Shown in pieces: positions 38,755 to 51,209 of a stretch of DNA of 64,000 nucleotides. The stretch's first letter is position 1; every line of letters begins with the position of its first letter. Location: NCBI RefSeq assembly GCF_044704955.1, contig NC_092007.1:5022001-5086000 (forward strand), given 5' to 3'. The translations under genes were made by a program, and so were the position numbers. The DNA is from Pristiophorus japonicus. Its lineage: Eukaryota. The notes beneath the pieces were generated by a model, which saw only the letters and a list, made by a program, of their open reading frames with translations, searched no databases and was not told the origin of the DNA.

Positions 38755-41733
38755 TCAGTACCCCATTCCTGCTTTCTCGCCATAACCCTTGATTCCCCTA
38801 GTAGTAAGGATTTCATCTAACTCCTTTTTGAATATATTCAGTGAACTGGCCTCAACATCTTTCTGTGGTAGAAAATTCCACAGGTTCACCACTCTCTGGG
38901 TGAAGAAATTCCTACTCATCTCGGTCCTAAATGGCTTACCCCTTATCCTTAGACTGTGTCCCCTGGTTCTGGACTTCCCCAACATTGGGAACATTCTTCC
39001 TGCATCGAACCTGTCTAACGCCATCAGAATTTTAAACGTTTCTATGAGGTCCCCTCTCATTCTTCTGAACTCCAGTGAATACAAGCACAGTTGATCCAGT
39101 CTTTCTTGATAGGTCAGTCCCGCCATCCCGGGAATCAGTCTGGTGAACCTTCGCTGCACTCCCTCAATAGCAAGAATGTCCTTCCTCAGGTTAGGAGACC
39201 AAAACTGCACACAATACTCCAGGTGTGGCCTCACCAAGGCCCTGTACAACTGTAGCAACACCTCCCTGCCCCTGTACTCAAATCCCCTCGCTATGAAGGC
39301 CAACATGCCATTTGATTTCTTAACCGCCTGCTGTACCTGCATGCCAACCTTCAATGACTGATGTACCATGACACCCAGGTCTCTTTGCACCTCCCCTTTT
39401 CCTACTCTATCACCATTCAGATAATAGTCCGTCTCTCAGTTTTTATCACCAAAGTGGATAACCTCACATTTATCCACATTATACTTCATCTGCCATGCAT
39501 TTGCCCACTCACCTAACCTATCCAAGTCGCTCTGCAGCCTCATAGCATCCTCCTCTTAGCTCACACTGCCACCCAACTTAGTGTCATCCACAAATTTGGA
39601 GATACTACATTTAATCCCCTCGTCTAAATCATTAATGTACAATGTAAACAGCTGGGGCCCCAGCACAGAACCTTGCGGTACCCCACTAGTCACTGCCTGC
39701 CATTCTGAAAAGTACCCATTTACTCCTACTCTTTGCTTCCTGTCTGATAACCAGTTCTAAATCCATGTCAGCACACTACCCCCAAGCCCACGTGCTTTAA
39801 CTTTGCACATTAATCTCTTGTGTGGGACCTTGTCGAAAGCCTTCTGAAAGTCCAATTATACCACATCAACTGGTTCTCCCTTGTCCACTCTACTGGAAAA
39901 ATCCTCAAAAAATTCCAGATTTGTCAAGCATGATTTCCCTTTCACAAATCCATGCTGACTTGGACCTATCATATCACCTCTTTCCAAGTGCACTGCTATG
40001 ACATCCTTAATAATTGATTCCATCATTTTACCCACTACTGATGTCAGGCTGACCGGTCTATAATTCCCTGTTTTCTCTCTCCCTCCTTTTTTAAAAAGTG
40101 GGGTTACATTGGCTACCCTCCACTCTATAGGAACTGATCCAGAGTCAATGGAATGTTGGAAAATGACTGTCAATGCATCCACTATTTCCAAGGCCACTTC
40201 CTTAAGTACTCTGGGATGCAGTCCATCAGGCCCTGGGGATTTATCGGCCTTCAATCCCATCAGTTTCCCCAACACAATTTCCCGACTAATAAGGATTTCC
40301 CTTAGTTCCTCCTCCTTACTAGACCCTCCGACCCCTTTTATATCCGGAAGGTTGTTTGTGTCCTCCTCAGTGAATACTGAACCAAAGTACTTGTTCAATT
40401 GGTCCGCCATTTCTTTGTTCCCCGTTATGACTTCCCCCGAGTCTGACTGCAGGGGACCTACGTTTGTCTTTACTAACCTTTTTCTCTTTACATATCTATA
40501 GAAACTTTTGCAATCCGTCTTAATGTTCTCTGCAAGCTTCTTCTCGTACTCCATTTTCCCTGACCTAATCAAACCATTTGTCCTCCTCTGCTGAGTTCTA
40601 AATTTCTCCCAGTCCCTGGGTTCGCTGCTATTTCTGGCCAATTTGTATGCCACTTCCTTGGCTTTAATACCATCACTGATTTCCCTTGATAGCCACGGTT
40701 GAGCCACCTTCCCTTTTTTATTTTACGCCAGACAGGAATGTACAATTGTTGTCGTTCATCCATGCGGTCTCTAAATGTCTGCCATTGCCATCCACAGTCA
40801 ACCCCTTCAGTATTATTCGGCAATCTATCCTAGCCAATTCACGCTTCATACCTTCAAAGTTACCCTTCTTTAAGTTCTGGACCATGCTCTCTGAATTAAC
40901 TGTTTCATTCTCCATCCTAATGCAGAATTCCACCATATTATGGTCACTCTTCCCCAAGTGGCCTCGCACAACGAGATTGCTAATTAATCCTCTCTCATTA
41001 CACAACACCCAGTCTAAGATGGCCTCCCCCCTAGTTGGTTCCTCGATATATTGGTCTAAAAAACCATCCCTTATACACTCCAGGAAATCCTCCTCCACCG
41101 TATTGCTTCCAGTTTGGTTAACCCAATCTATGTGCATATTAAAGTCACCCATTATAACTGCTGCACCTTTATTGCATGCAACCCTAATTTCATGTTTGAT
41201 GCCCTCCCCAACATCACTTCTACTGTTTGGAGGTCTGTACACAACTCCCACTAACGTTTTTTGCCCTTTGGTATTCTGCAGCTCTACCCATATAGATTCC
41301 GCATCGTCCAAGCTAATGTCCTTCAGAACTATTGCCTTAATTTCCTCCTTAACCAGCAATGCTACCCCACCTCCTTTTCCTTTTATTCTATCTTTCCTGA
41401 ATGTTGAATACCCCTGGATGTTGAGTTCCCAGCTCTGATCATCCTGCAGCCACGTCTCCGTAATCCCAATCACATCATATTTGTTAACATCTATTTGCAC
41501 AGTTAATTCATCCACCTTATTGCGGATACTCCTTGCATTAAGACACAAAGCCTTCAGGCTTGTTTTTTTAACACCCGTTGTCCTTTTAGAATTTTGCTGT
41601 ACAGTGGCCCTTTTTGTTCTTTGCCTTGGGTTTCTCTGCCCTCCACTTTTCCCCATCTCCTTTCTGTCTTTTGCTTTTGCCTCCTTTTTGTTTCCCTCTG
41701 TCTCCCTGCATTGGTTCCCATCCCCCTGCCATA
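38755..41733 (-). pseudogene. CR1 ORF2 (AP endonuclease plus reverse transcriptase) with several frameshifts/stops
   Basis: ORF pieces 40718-41890, 39856-40707 and 38755-39390. Confidence 0.92.
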
Positions 41734-42680
41734 TTAGTTTAACTCCTCCCCAACAGCACTTGCAAACACTCCCCCTAGGACATTGGTTCCGGTCCTGTCC
41801 AGGTGCAGACCGTCCGGTTTGTACTGGTCCCACCTCCCTCAGAACCGGTCCCAATGCCCCAGGAATTTGAATCCCTCCCTGCTGCACCACTGCTCAAGCC
41901 ACGTATTCATCTGCGCTATCCTGCGATTCCTACTCTGACTATCACGTGGCACTGGTAGCAATCCCGAGATTACTACTTTTGAGGTCCTACTTTTTAATTT
42001 AGCTCCTAGCTCTTAAATTCATTTCGAAGGATCTCATCCCTTTTTTTACCTATGTCATTGGTACCAATGTGCACCACGACAACTGGCTGATCTCCCTCCC
42101 TTTTTAGAATGTCCTGCACCCACTCCGAGACATCCTTGACCCTTGCACCAGGGAGGCAACATACCATCCTCGAGTCTCGGTTGCGGCCGCAGAAACGCCT
42201 ATCTATTCCCTTTACAATTGAATCCCCAATCACTACCGCTCTCCCACTCTTTTTTCTGCCTTCCTGTGCAACAGAGCCAGCCACGGTGCCATGAACTTGG
42301 CTGCTGCTGCCCTCCCCTGATGAGTCATCCCCCTCAACAGTACCCAAAGCAGTGTATCTGTTTTGCAGGGGGATGACCACAGGGGACCCCTGCACTACCT
42401 TCCTTGCACTGCTCTTCCTGTTGGTCTTCCATTCCCTATCTGGCTGTGGACCCGTTTCCTGCGGTACGACCAACTCGCTACACGTGATACTCACGTCATT
42501 CTCAGCATCGTGGATGCTCCAGAGTGAATCCACCCTCAGCTCCAATTCCGCAACGCGGACCGTCAGGAGCTGGAGGTGGATACACTTCCTGCACACATAG
42601 TCGACAGGGACACTGGAGTCATCCCTGAGTTCCCACATGGTACAGGAGGAGCATAACACCCGACCGAGCTCTCCTGCCAT
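41734..42680 (-). pseudogene. CR1 ORF1 (CxxC..CxxC, coiled coil, SGNH/GDSL esterase), frameshifted at ~42010
   Basis: CSSC..CRKC, VIGDSIV, HIGTND, and after the frameshift KPDGLHL; one further internal TGA. Confidence 0.88.
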
Positions 42681-42861
42681 GACTTAACCCTTAGATACAC
42701 ATAAATTGGCAACAACAATGTTAAAAGTTACTCACTGATCTAGAAGAGAAAAAAGAAAAACTACTCACGAATCCAGCCAATCACTTACCCTCTAGGCTGT
42801 GACGTCACCTTTCTGTTTCTTTCTACTTCTTTTTGCCTTCTCCCTGTAGCTGCACAAGTAC

Positions 42862-43150
42862 GCCTCTCCACACACCTCCTCGACGCTGATCCCGACTGTC
42901 ACCGACGCTGGGCCCCGGACTCCCTGCTGTGCCTTTTATAAGCCTCTCCACGCAACTCCTCGACGCTGCTCCCGACTGCCGCCGACACTGGGCCCCGGAC
43001 TCCCTGCTGTGCCTTTTATAGGCCTCTCCACGCAACTCCTCGACGCTGCTCCCGACTGCCGCCGACGCTGGGCCCCGGACTCCCTGCTGTGCCTTTTATA
43101 GGCCTCTCCACGCACCTCCTCGATGCTGCTCCTGACTGCCGCCGACGCTG
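42862..43150. repeat. 80-bp GC-rich tandem repeat x3.6 forming the CR1 5' end
   Basis: gcctctccac... starts at 42862, 42942, 43022 and 43102. Confidence 0.95.
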
Positions 43151-43249
43151 CTTTCCCCTATCATGCCAAGATGAACTCCTCGTTCAATTCAACTTGCCCA
43201 GCATAGACTGTGGAAAAGTGCTCTAGCGTGTGCAGAATGAAACAGAATG

Positions 43250-43980
43250 GTCCAGAAATTCCGGCCTCCCCGGTCGATACGGAGTTTTTACGATCCCGTG
43301 AAGGCATCGCAAAAGCCACTTTTTGGCGTACAATGCGCATGCAATGAAAACCGGTTTTCCTGATCTGTCAGAATGGTGATTGACAGATCCAACGGATCGC
43401 CACAACCAGGACATTCCCATGGGCAAGATTGTCATATTTACCCATATCTGGCCCAGCGGATGTCCTGAAAACACTTGCGTCTGATAAAAACAAGTGCACA
43501 GCCTACGTTTGCAGGCATGAGTTTTAAAATACACGCAAACATGAAAAAGTAAAATTGTTAAAACCCTTCCCCACGACGGTAAGTTTATTTTGAACCATAA
43601 TTTTAAAACCTTTTTATACAATTCCGAAAAATATATTTTTTTATAATACATAAATAACTTTAATTTAAATGAACAAAATATGTGGTGTATTTTTTCAATT
43701 TTTAATATTGTTTTGTGTGATTGAGGGGGGATTCTCATTCATAATAAAGGGAACTCCAACTTACGGAGTTCAGATTATTATGAATGAGAACATACTTTAC
43801 CTTGATTGGCTGCCCAGAGCCATGTGACTGCAGCATGCGCTGTGACGCATAGTCAGTGGAGGCCGAGGGCCGGGAACTCCCGGGGGTGCAGCAGCTTCAG
43901 GTAATTGAACATATTTTAAGTTTTTCCCTCGATCTCCCGCGGGAATTAGCCGATAGTGATTTATGTTCAATGTGTTCTCC
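43250..43980. mobile_element. Putative non-autonomous DNA transposon (MITE-like) fragment with internal palindromes
   Basis: Insertion relative to the paralogous region; starts ggtccagaaattcc; several internal inverted repeats; no ORF. Confidence 0.4.
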
Positions 43981-43984
43981 AAGG

Positions 43985-46440
43985 TTTTCTAACATTCCAT
44001 ACACTCTGGATCAGTTCATCTGGAGTGGAGGGTAGCCAATGTAACCCCACTTTTTAAAAAAGGAGGGAGAGAGAAAACAGGGAATTATAGACCTGTCAGC
44101 CTGACCTCAGTCGTGGGTAAAATGATGGAATCAATTATTAAGGATGTCATAGCAGCGCATTTGGAAAAAGGTGACATGATAGGTCCAAGTCAGCATGGAT
44201 TTGTGAAAGGGAAATCATGCTTGACAAATCTTCTGGAACTTTTTGATGATGTTTCCAATAGAGTGGACAAGGGAGAACCAGTTGATGTGGTGTATTTGGA
44301 CTTTCAGAAGGCTTTCGACAAGGTCCCACACAAGAGATTAATGTGCACAGTTAAAGCACATGGGATTGGCGGTAGTGTGCTGACGTGGATTGAGGATTGA
44401 GAACTGGCTGTAAGACAGGAAGCAAAGAGTAAGAGTAAATGGGTACTTTTCAGAATGGCAGGCAGTGACTAGTGGGGTGCCGCAAGGTTCTGTGCTGGGG
44501 CCCCAACTGTTTCCACTGTACATTAATGATTTAGACGAGGGGATTGAATATAGTATTTTTTTTGCGGATGACACTAAATTGGGTGGCAGTGTGAGCTGCG
44601 AGGAGGATGCTATGAGGCTGCAGAGTGACTTGGATATGTTAGGTGAGTGGGCAAATGCATGGCAGATGAAGTATAATGTGGATAAATGTGAGGTTATCCA
44701 CTTTGGTGGTAAAAACTGAGAGACAGACTATTATCTGAATGGTGACAGATTAGGAAAAGGGGAGGTGCAACGAGACCTGGGTGTCATGGTACATCAGTCA
44801 TTGAAGGTTGGCATGCAGGTACAGCAGGTGGTTAAGAAAGCATTATTCTAAATATAAACCCCCCCTGAACCCCTCAATTAGATTCCAGCCTGTAAATCAC
44901 TCCCGGGTATCTGTTATTCTATATATAAACCCCCCGAACCCCTCGACTAGATTCCCGCCTGTAACTCACTCCCCGGGTATCTGTTGCTCTATATATAAAC
45001 CCCCCCGAGCCCCTTGATTAGATTCCAGTCTGTTACTCACTCCTGGGTATCTGTTATTCTATTTATAAACATTAAGGATGTCATAGCAGCGCATTTGGAA
45101 AGAGGGACATGATAGGTCCAACTCAGCATGGATTTGGGAAAGGGAAATCATGCTTGACAAATCCTCTGGAATTTTTTGAGGATTTTTCCAGTAGAGTGGA
45201 CAAGGGAGAACCAGTTGATGTGGTGTATTTGGACTTTCAGAAGGCTTGCGACAAGGTCCCACACAAGAGATTAATGTGTAAAGTTAAAGCACATGGGATT
45301 GGGGGTAGTGTGCTGACGTGGATTGAGAACTGGTTGTCAGACAGGAAGCAAAGAGTAAGAGTAAATGGGGACTTTTCAGAATGGCAGGCAGTGACTAGTG
45401 GGGTACCGCAAGGTTCTATGCTGGGGCCCCAGCTTTTTACACTGTACATTAATGATTTAGACGAGGGGATTAAATGTAGTATCTCCAAATTTGCGGATGA
45501 CACTAAGTTTGGTGACAGTGTGAGCTGCGAGGAGGATGCTATGAGACTGCAGAGTGACTTGGATAGGTTAGGTGAGTGGGCAAATGCATGGCAGATGAAG
45601 TATAATGTGGATAAATGTGAGGTTATCCACTTTGGTGGTAAAAACAGGGAGACAGACTATTATCTGAATGGTGACAGATTAGGAAAAGAGGAGGTGCAAT
45701 GAGGTGCAATGGGTGTCATGGTACATCAGCCATTGAAGGTTGGAATGCAGGTACAGCAGGCGGTTAAGAAAGCAAATGGCATGTTGGCCTTCATAGCGAG
45801 GGAATTTGAGTACAGGGTCAGGGAGGTGTTGCTACAGTTGTACAGGGCCTTGGTGAGGCCACACCTGGAGTATTGTGTACAGTTTTGGTCTCCTAACTTG
45901 AGGAAGGACATTCTTGCTATTGAGGGAGTGCAGCGAAGGTTCACCAGACTGATTCCCGGGATGGCGGGACTGACATATCAAGAAAGACTGGATCAACTGG
46001 GCTTGTATTCACTGGAGTTCAGAAGAATGAGAGGGGATCTCATAGAAACGTTTAAAATTCTGACGGGTTTAGACAGGTTAGATGCAGGAAGAATTTTCCC
46101 AATGTTGGGGAAGTCCAGAACCAGGGGTCACAGTCTAATGATAAGGGGTAAGCCATTTATGACCGAGATGATGAGAAATGTCTTCACCCAGAGAGTGGTG
46201 AACCTGTGGAATTCTCTACCACGGAAAGTTGTTGAGGCCAATTCACAAAATATAATCAAAAACGAGTTAGATGTAGTCCTTACTACTAGGGTGATCAAGG
46301 GGTATGGCGAGAAAGCAGGAATGGGGTATTAAAGTTGCATGTTCAGCCCAGAACTCATTGAATGGCGGTGCAGGCTAGAAGGGCCGAATGGCCAACTCCT
46401 GCACCTATTTTCTATGTTTCTATGTTTCTATGTTTCTATG
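43985..46440 (+). mobile_element. 5'-truncated CR1 LINE with an internal ~700-bp duplication
   Basis: RT motifs (YLDFQKAFDKV, GVPQGS, SKFADD); (TTTCTATG)4 tail ending at 46440; same family as 38663-43150. Confidence 0.93.
44843..45070. repeat. ~70-bp satellite x3.2
   Basis: ttattctatatataaacccccc...gattagattccagcctgtaactcactcccgggtatctg at ~44843, 44914, 44984 and 45054. Confidence 0.92.
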
Positions 46441-47074
46441 ATGCAATGTACTTTCCACATTGTTCAACAGGTGGCTCGCACTGCGATCTGTTCTCGATCC
46501 ACACATGCTCTCGATGGAAGCAACAACTCCAACCCCTATTTGAAGCACTTTGCAGACGAGACACATGAATCTTCTAATATCCAGCTAACTACAGCCGGAA
46601 CAAGATGTACAGCTGGCTTTTGTTAAGACTCTCAGTCTCACTGGCAGACACAGTATGGGTGTATTAGTTTGATTTGTAGCAAAGGCTGGCATTTACCAAG
46701 CTGAATCATTGCCACATTTCATGAACATTATTGTGTGTGATGCTGGGAGCACATAGAAATTTTATGGAGATCAATGGGTTTTTTTTTAACTGATTTAGGA
46801 CATTAAGACTAATTACTTTTTACAGTCTCAGGATCTGTTTTGGTGTTTGCGCAATGCACTCACATGGTTCAGCAGGTGCTCCACTGGGAATATCCTACAG
46901 ATGCACCATACCAATATTTGTGGCTATATCACGACCCACTAAATTTTGAGTCCGGTGCAACCTAAAAGAAAGTCGATAATCCATCCAAGAGAGTCTCGCC
47001 TCCCTGTTCTGTCACCGTCGCTTCCTGTTGTTGCAACCGCGCTGCCACACATGGTCGATCGGCCCAGAAGCACA

Positions 47075-47440
47075 AGGCCTTGCTGAGACCACACCTAGAT
47101 CAGTGAGCACAGTTTTGGTCTCCTTATCTGAGGAAGGCAATGCCTTGGAGGCGGTGCAACGAAGGTTAACTAGATTGATTCCTGGGATGAGAGGGCTGTC
47201 TCATGAAGAGAGATCGTGTAGAATGGGCCTTTCCTCGCTGGAATTTAGAAGAATGAGTGGTGATCTAATTGTTGTTTCCCCCTGGCAAGTGTGTCTGAAA
47301 CCAGGGGTCACTGTCTCAGGATAAGGTGTCGGCCATTTAAGACAGAGATGAGGAAGAATTTCTTCACTCAGAGGGTGGTGAATCTTTTGAATTCTAAGCC
47401 CAAGAGGGCTATGGATACTGAGTATCTGAATATATTCAGT
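47075..47440 (+). mobile_element. CR1 3' fragment
   Basis: LEAVQRRLTRLIPGMRGLSHEE...LEFRRMSGDLI; NFFTQRVVNL. Confidence 0.8.
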
Positions 47441-47444
47441 CAAC

Positions 47445-47855
47445 GTAAGTTCAAATCCGACCACGGCAGCTGGGGAATTTAAATTCAATTAAAGAAATCT
47501 GGAATTAAAAAGATAGTTTCATTAATGGTGACCGTGACACTACCAGATTGTCGGCAAGACCCAACTGGTTCACTCATGCCCTTTAGGGAGGGAAATCAGC
47601 TACCCTTGCCCGGTCTGGCCGACATGTGACTCCAGACCCACAGCCAATGCGGTTGACTCTTACCTGCCCTCTGACATGCAGTTGTACCAAACCGCTAAGA
47701 CAAAGTCAGCACAGTGGGAGTACCTTCGCCACACGGGACAGCAATGGTTCAAGGAGGCGGCTCACCATTGCCTTCTCGAGGGGCAGTTAGGAATCGGCAA
47801 CAAATGCCGGCCTTGCCAGCGATGCCAACATCCCATGAACGAATAAGTAAAAGAA
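47445..47855 (+). mobile_element. tRNA-derived SINE-like element with a LINE-derived tail
   Basis: B-box-like AGTTCAAATCC at the start; 3' part matches the LINE tail seen at 9700-9840 and 11430-11520. Confidence 0.55.
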
Positions 47856-49254
47856 AGATGGCAGAAATCGGCAATCCATGCAAAATGAAAGCAACATTCA
47901 TTATCGGTATTGATCGACAAAATATAGTTCATCTGCCAACCAACATGACCGGTCCCAGTTACTGAGATACGGCTAATAGCCAAACCAAAACTGAGAAGTA
48001 TTTAAGAAATTGCCTGCAATTACATTGTAATTTACATAATTCAGTTTCCTGTTTAATTTTATGCAGTTTGTTATTGTTGTTTTGGTTTTGTAAAACCGAG
48101 ATAGTAACGTGTGACCTATTGGAGTAGAAAGTGGCCAAGGAACTCAGAGTTAAACTATGGCTGTTGCATAGCTGCCGATGCTGTGCCCTTCTTGAAATGG
48201 TATCGAACAGACAGCTATGGATTGGCCGGAGATCGTGATGTCACTGCCGCGCGCATGGCAGCTGGCAACATCATGGGAACAAACTTTGGTTCCGCCACAA
48301 CTCTGCGGTATCACCGGGGTGGCAACATCAATGGCTGCAGGAGGCGTTCTTCAGGAGTCCGGGCAGCTGGGGGGTGAAAGTCAAAGGGGATGTTGGTCCA
48401 GGAATTGCTCAAATGCTTCCTTATGAACTTCTCGTTTCCGCTTCGGCCGCGATCGATCAGACCGCTCTGCGGGAGATGCGTGGGGGCTGGCTCGTGGCTG
48501 CTGCCAGGGACCAGCTCTCCGGTCCCAGTGCAGAGCCTGCCGCAAAGGGGAGGAACCGTGGAGCGGAGCAGTGCCGCACGACCCGTTGTGCAGTGCCGCA
48601 ACACGACCGGCCCGCCTGCGTCCTTTAGCGCTGCAGGAAGGAAGTGGTAGCGCTCTATTTATTGCTCCTCTTCATTTCCTGGAACGCTAACGCCAACTGC
48701 ATAGAAAGCTGGGAATCATTAGCACATGGCGCTAATTTCTCCAGCTTTCAAATTTGCCGTCCCATGGGGATGCAACCGAATCTCTCCCCCAAAGTTTTTG
48801 CATGCACAGAAACAGGGCATTTGAACTAATCGATGTTGCACAGGAGCCTCCGCACACCCCACTTAATCTCACCCTATCACCCTGTCATTCTATTCCCTTC
48901 TCCCTCATGTGTTTATCCAGCTTCCGCTTAAATGCATCTCTGCTCTTCCGAATGCATCCTGTCGCCCTCCTGTAATAGTCGCGGGAACAATAATTATGTA
49001 TTAGCTGACGAGGAAAGCAAATAGCGGTCGCAAAATGTTAGCAATAAGGAAGGATAATGAGGGGAATGACGGAATTTAATTACTGGTTCTCCCCCTTACT
49101 AATTTCCATTATTCTGCAACTAAGGGGCTAAAAAACATGTAAAATGGGCTAACACTTCAAGGAAAATCTGTTTGCTTTACTGCACAACACGTTGAGTGAG
49201 TATTTCTGCTATTCAAGATTACCAATTAATATTTTCGCATTCGTACGCCATTCA

Positions 49255-50240
49255 TTTACATTTGCATTTATATAGCACCTTTCCCGACCACCGGTCGTCC
49301 CAAATTATTTTACAACCAATGAAGTACTTTTGGAGTGTAGTGTGGGAACTGTGGCAGCCAATTTGTGCAGAACAAGCTCCCACAAACAGCAATGTGATAA
49401 TGACCAGATAATCTTTTTTTTTGTCATGTTGATTGAGGGATAAATATTGGCCAGGGAGAAATCACTGCTTTTCTTTGAACTAGTGTCATGGGATGTTTTT
49501 TAAGTCCACCTGAGAGGGCAGACAATGTCTCGGTTTAAAGCCTCCTCCGAAGATGCTCCATCCGACAGTGTACTGCTCCATCAGTACTTGTAGTGAGAGA
49601 GGAGGGAGCCACAACACACAACAAGCACCGACGAACAGCAATGTGATCAAGGAGCAGATCTTTTTTTTGGTGATGTTGTTTGTGGGATAAATATTGGAGA
49701 ACTCCCCTCTGCTCTTCTTCAAAATAATGGCCGTGGGATATTTTACATTAAATGTCTAATCCGAAAGATGGCACGTCCAAACACATAGTACTCCCTCAGT
49801 ACAGCCCCTCTGACAGTGTGGCGCTCCCTTACTACAACTCCTCCAATAATGCAGGGCTCCCTCAGTACTGCCCCTCCAACAGAGCGGCAGTCCCTGAGTA
49901 CTGCCCCTCTGACAGTGCAGCACTCCCTCAGTACTGCCCCTCCGACAGCGCAACACTCCCTCAGTACTGCCCCTCCGTCAGTGCGGCACTCCCTCAGTAC
50001 TGCCCCTTTGACAATGCGGTGCTCCATCGATATTGCCCCATCGACAGTGCGGCACTCCCTCAAAACTGCACCTCAGACAGTGCGGCACTCCCTCAGTACT
50101 GCCCCTCCAACAGTGCAGCACTCCCTCAGTACTGCCCCTCAGACTGTACAGCACTTCCCCAGTACTGCCCCTCTGACAGTGCTGCACTCCCTCAGTACTG
50201 CCCCTCTGTCAGTATGGCACTCCCTCAGTACTGCCCTCTG
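49255..50240 (-). mobile_element. DeuSINE/SacSINE-like copies, the second carrying an expanded 33-bp minisatellite
   Basis: catttatatagcacc tail, gagggataaatattggcc, ccacctgagagggcagac body. Confidence 0.75.
49773..50237. repeat. 33-bp minisatellite (cagtgcagcactccctcagtactgcccctccga), ~14 units
   Basis: Direct observation; explains the 11-aa SAALPQYCPSD periodicity in the ORF track. Confidence 0.95.
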
Positions 50241-50316
50241 CAAGCCAAGCACTGGGGTTAATTTCGGGAGGGATGGAATTCAAAAGCAAAGAAGTTGCAT
50301 TAAATGTGCAGCCAAC

Positions 50317-50570
50317 CTTGTTTAGACCACACTTGGAGCATTGTGCACAGTTCCCGTCTCCATATACCTGGGTTAGACCACTCTTGGAGCAATGTGCACA
50401 GTTTTGGTCCCCATATACCGTGGTTAGACCATAATTAGAGCACCGTGCACTGTTCGGGTCTCCATATACCTTGGTTAGACCACACTTGGAGCAACATGCA
50501 CAGTTCTGGTCCCCATATAGCTCGGTTCGTTAAAACCTGGAGCACTGTGCACAATTCTGAGCTCCATATT
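50317..50570. repeat. 51-bp CR1-derived minisatellite, ~5 units
   Basis: accttggttagaccacacttggagcactgtgcacagttctggtctccatat. Confidence 0.9.
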
Positions 50571-51209
50571 ACAAAAAGGAGAAGGTGCAAAAATGGATTT
50601 ACAAGGATGATACCAGAACTGAGAGTTTGTAACAATCAGGAATGGGTGGACAGGCTGGGGTTCCGGGAGAAGAGAAGGCTGAGGGGTAACCTGATAGAGA
50701 TCTTATGAAAGAGATATTATGAAAGGTTTCGATAGGGTAGACGTAGAGAAAATGCTTCCACTTGTGGAGGAACACCAGAATTAGTGGTCATCAATAAGAG
50801 ATAGTCACGAATAAATCCAATGGGAAATTCAGGAGAAAACTCTTTACCCAGAGAGTTGTGAGAATGTGGAACTCGCTACTACAGGGAGGGGATGAGATGA
50901 ATAGCAGATATGCATGTAAGGGGAAGCTGGATAAACACATGAGGGAGAAAGGAATAGAAGGATATGTTGATGGGGTGAGAAGAAGAGGGGTGGGAGGAGG
51001 CTGGTGTGGAGCATAAACACCGGCACAGAGCAGTTGGGCAGAATGGCCTGTTTCTGTGCTGTAAATACTTCGTAGATTGAACGTTATCTCCAACTAGCTC
51101 AATGACCAGCAACGATACAAACTCCCTATTTTCTGAGTGAAGAGAGCAGTTATTGCATTGCTATGTACTTCGACAAAACTTAGACATGTGGTGAGAGAGG
51201 AGGATGCAC

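Larger units (their letters stand above)
38663..43150 (-). mobile_element. Full-length CR1 LINE (5' monomer repeats, ORF1, ORF2, TTTCTATG tail), mildly decayed
   Basis: ORF1 zinc-finger plus esterase; ORF2 endonuclease (LCLNARSI, GITETWL, GDFN, SDH) and reverse transcriptase (KSPGPDG, NYRPVSLT, GVPQGS, F.DD); 3' octamer tail; flanks rejoin the paralogous sequence at ~10285. Confidence 0.95.
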
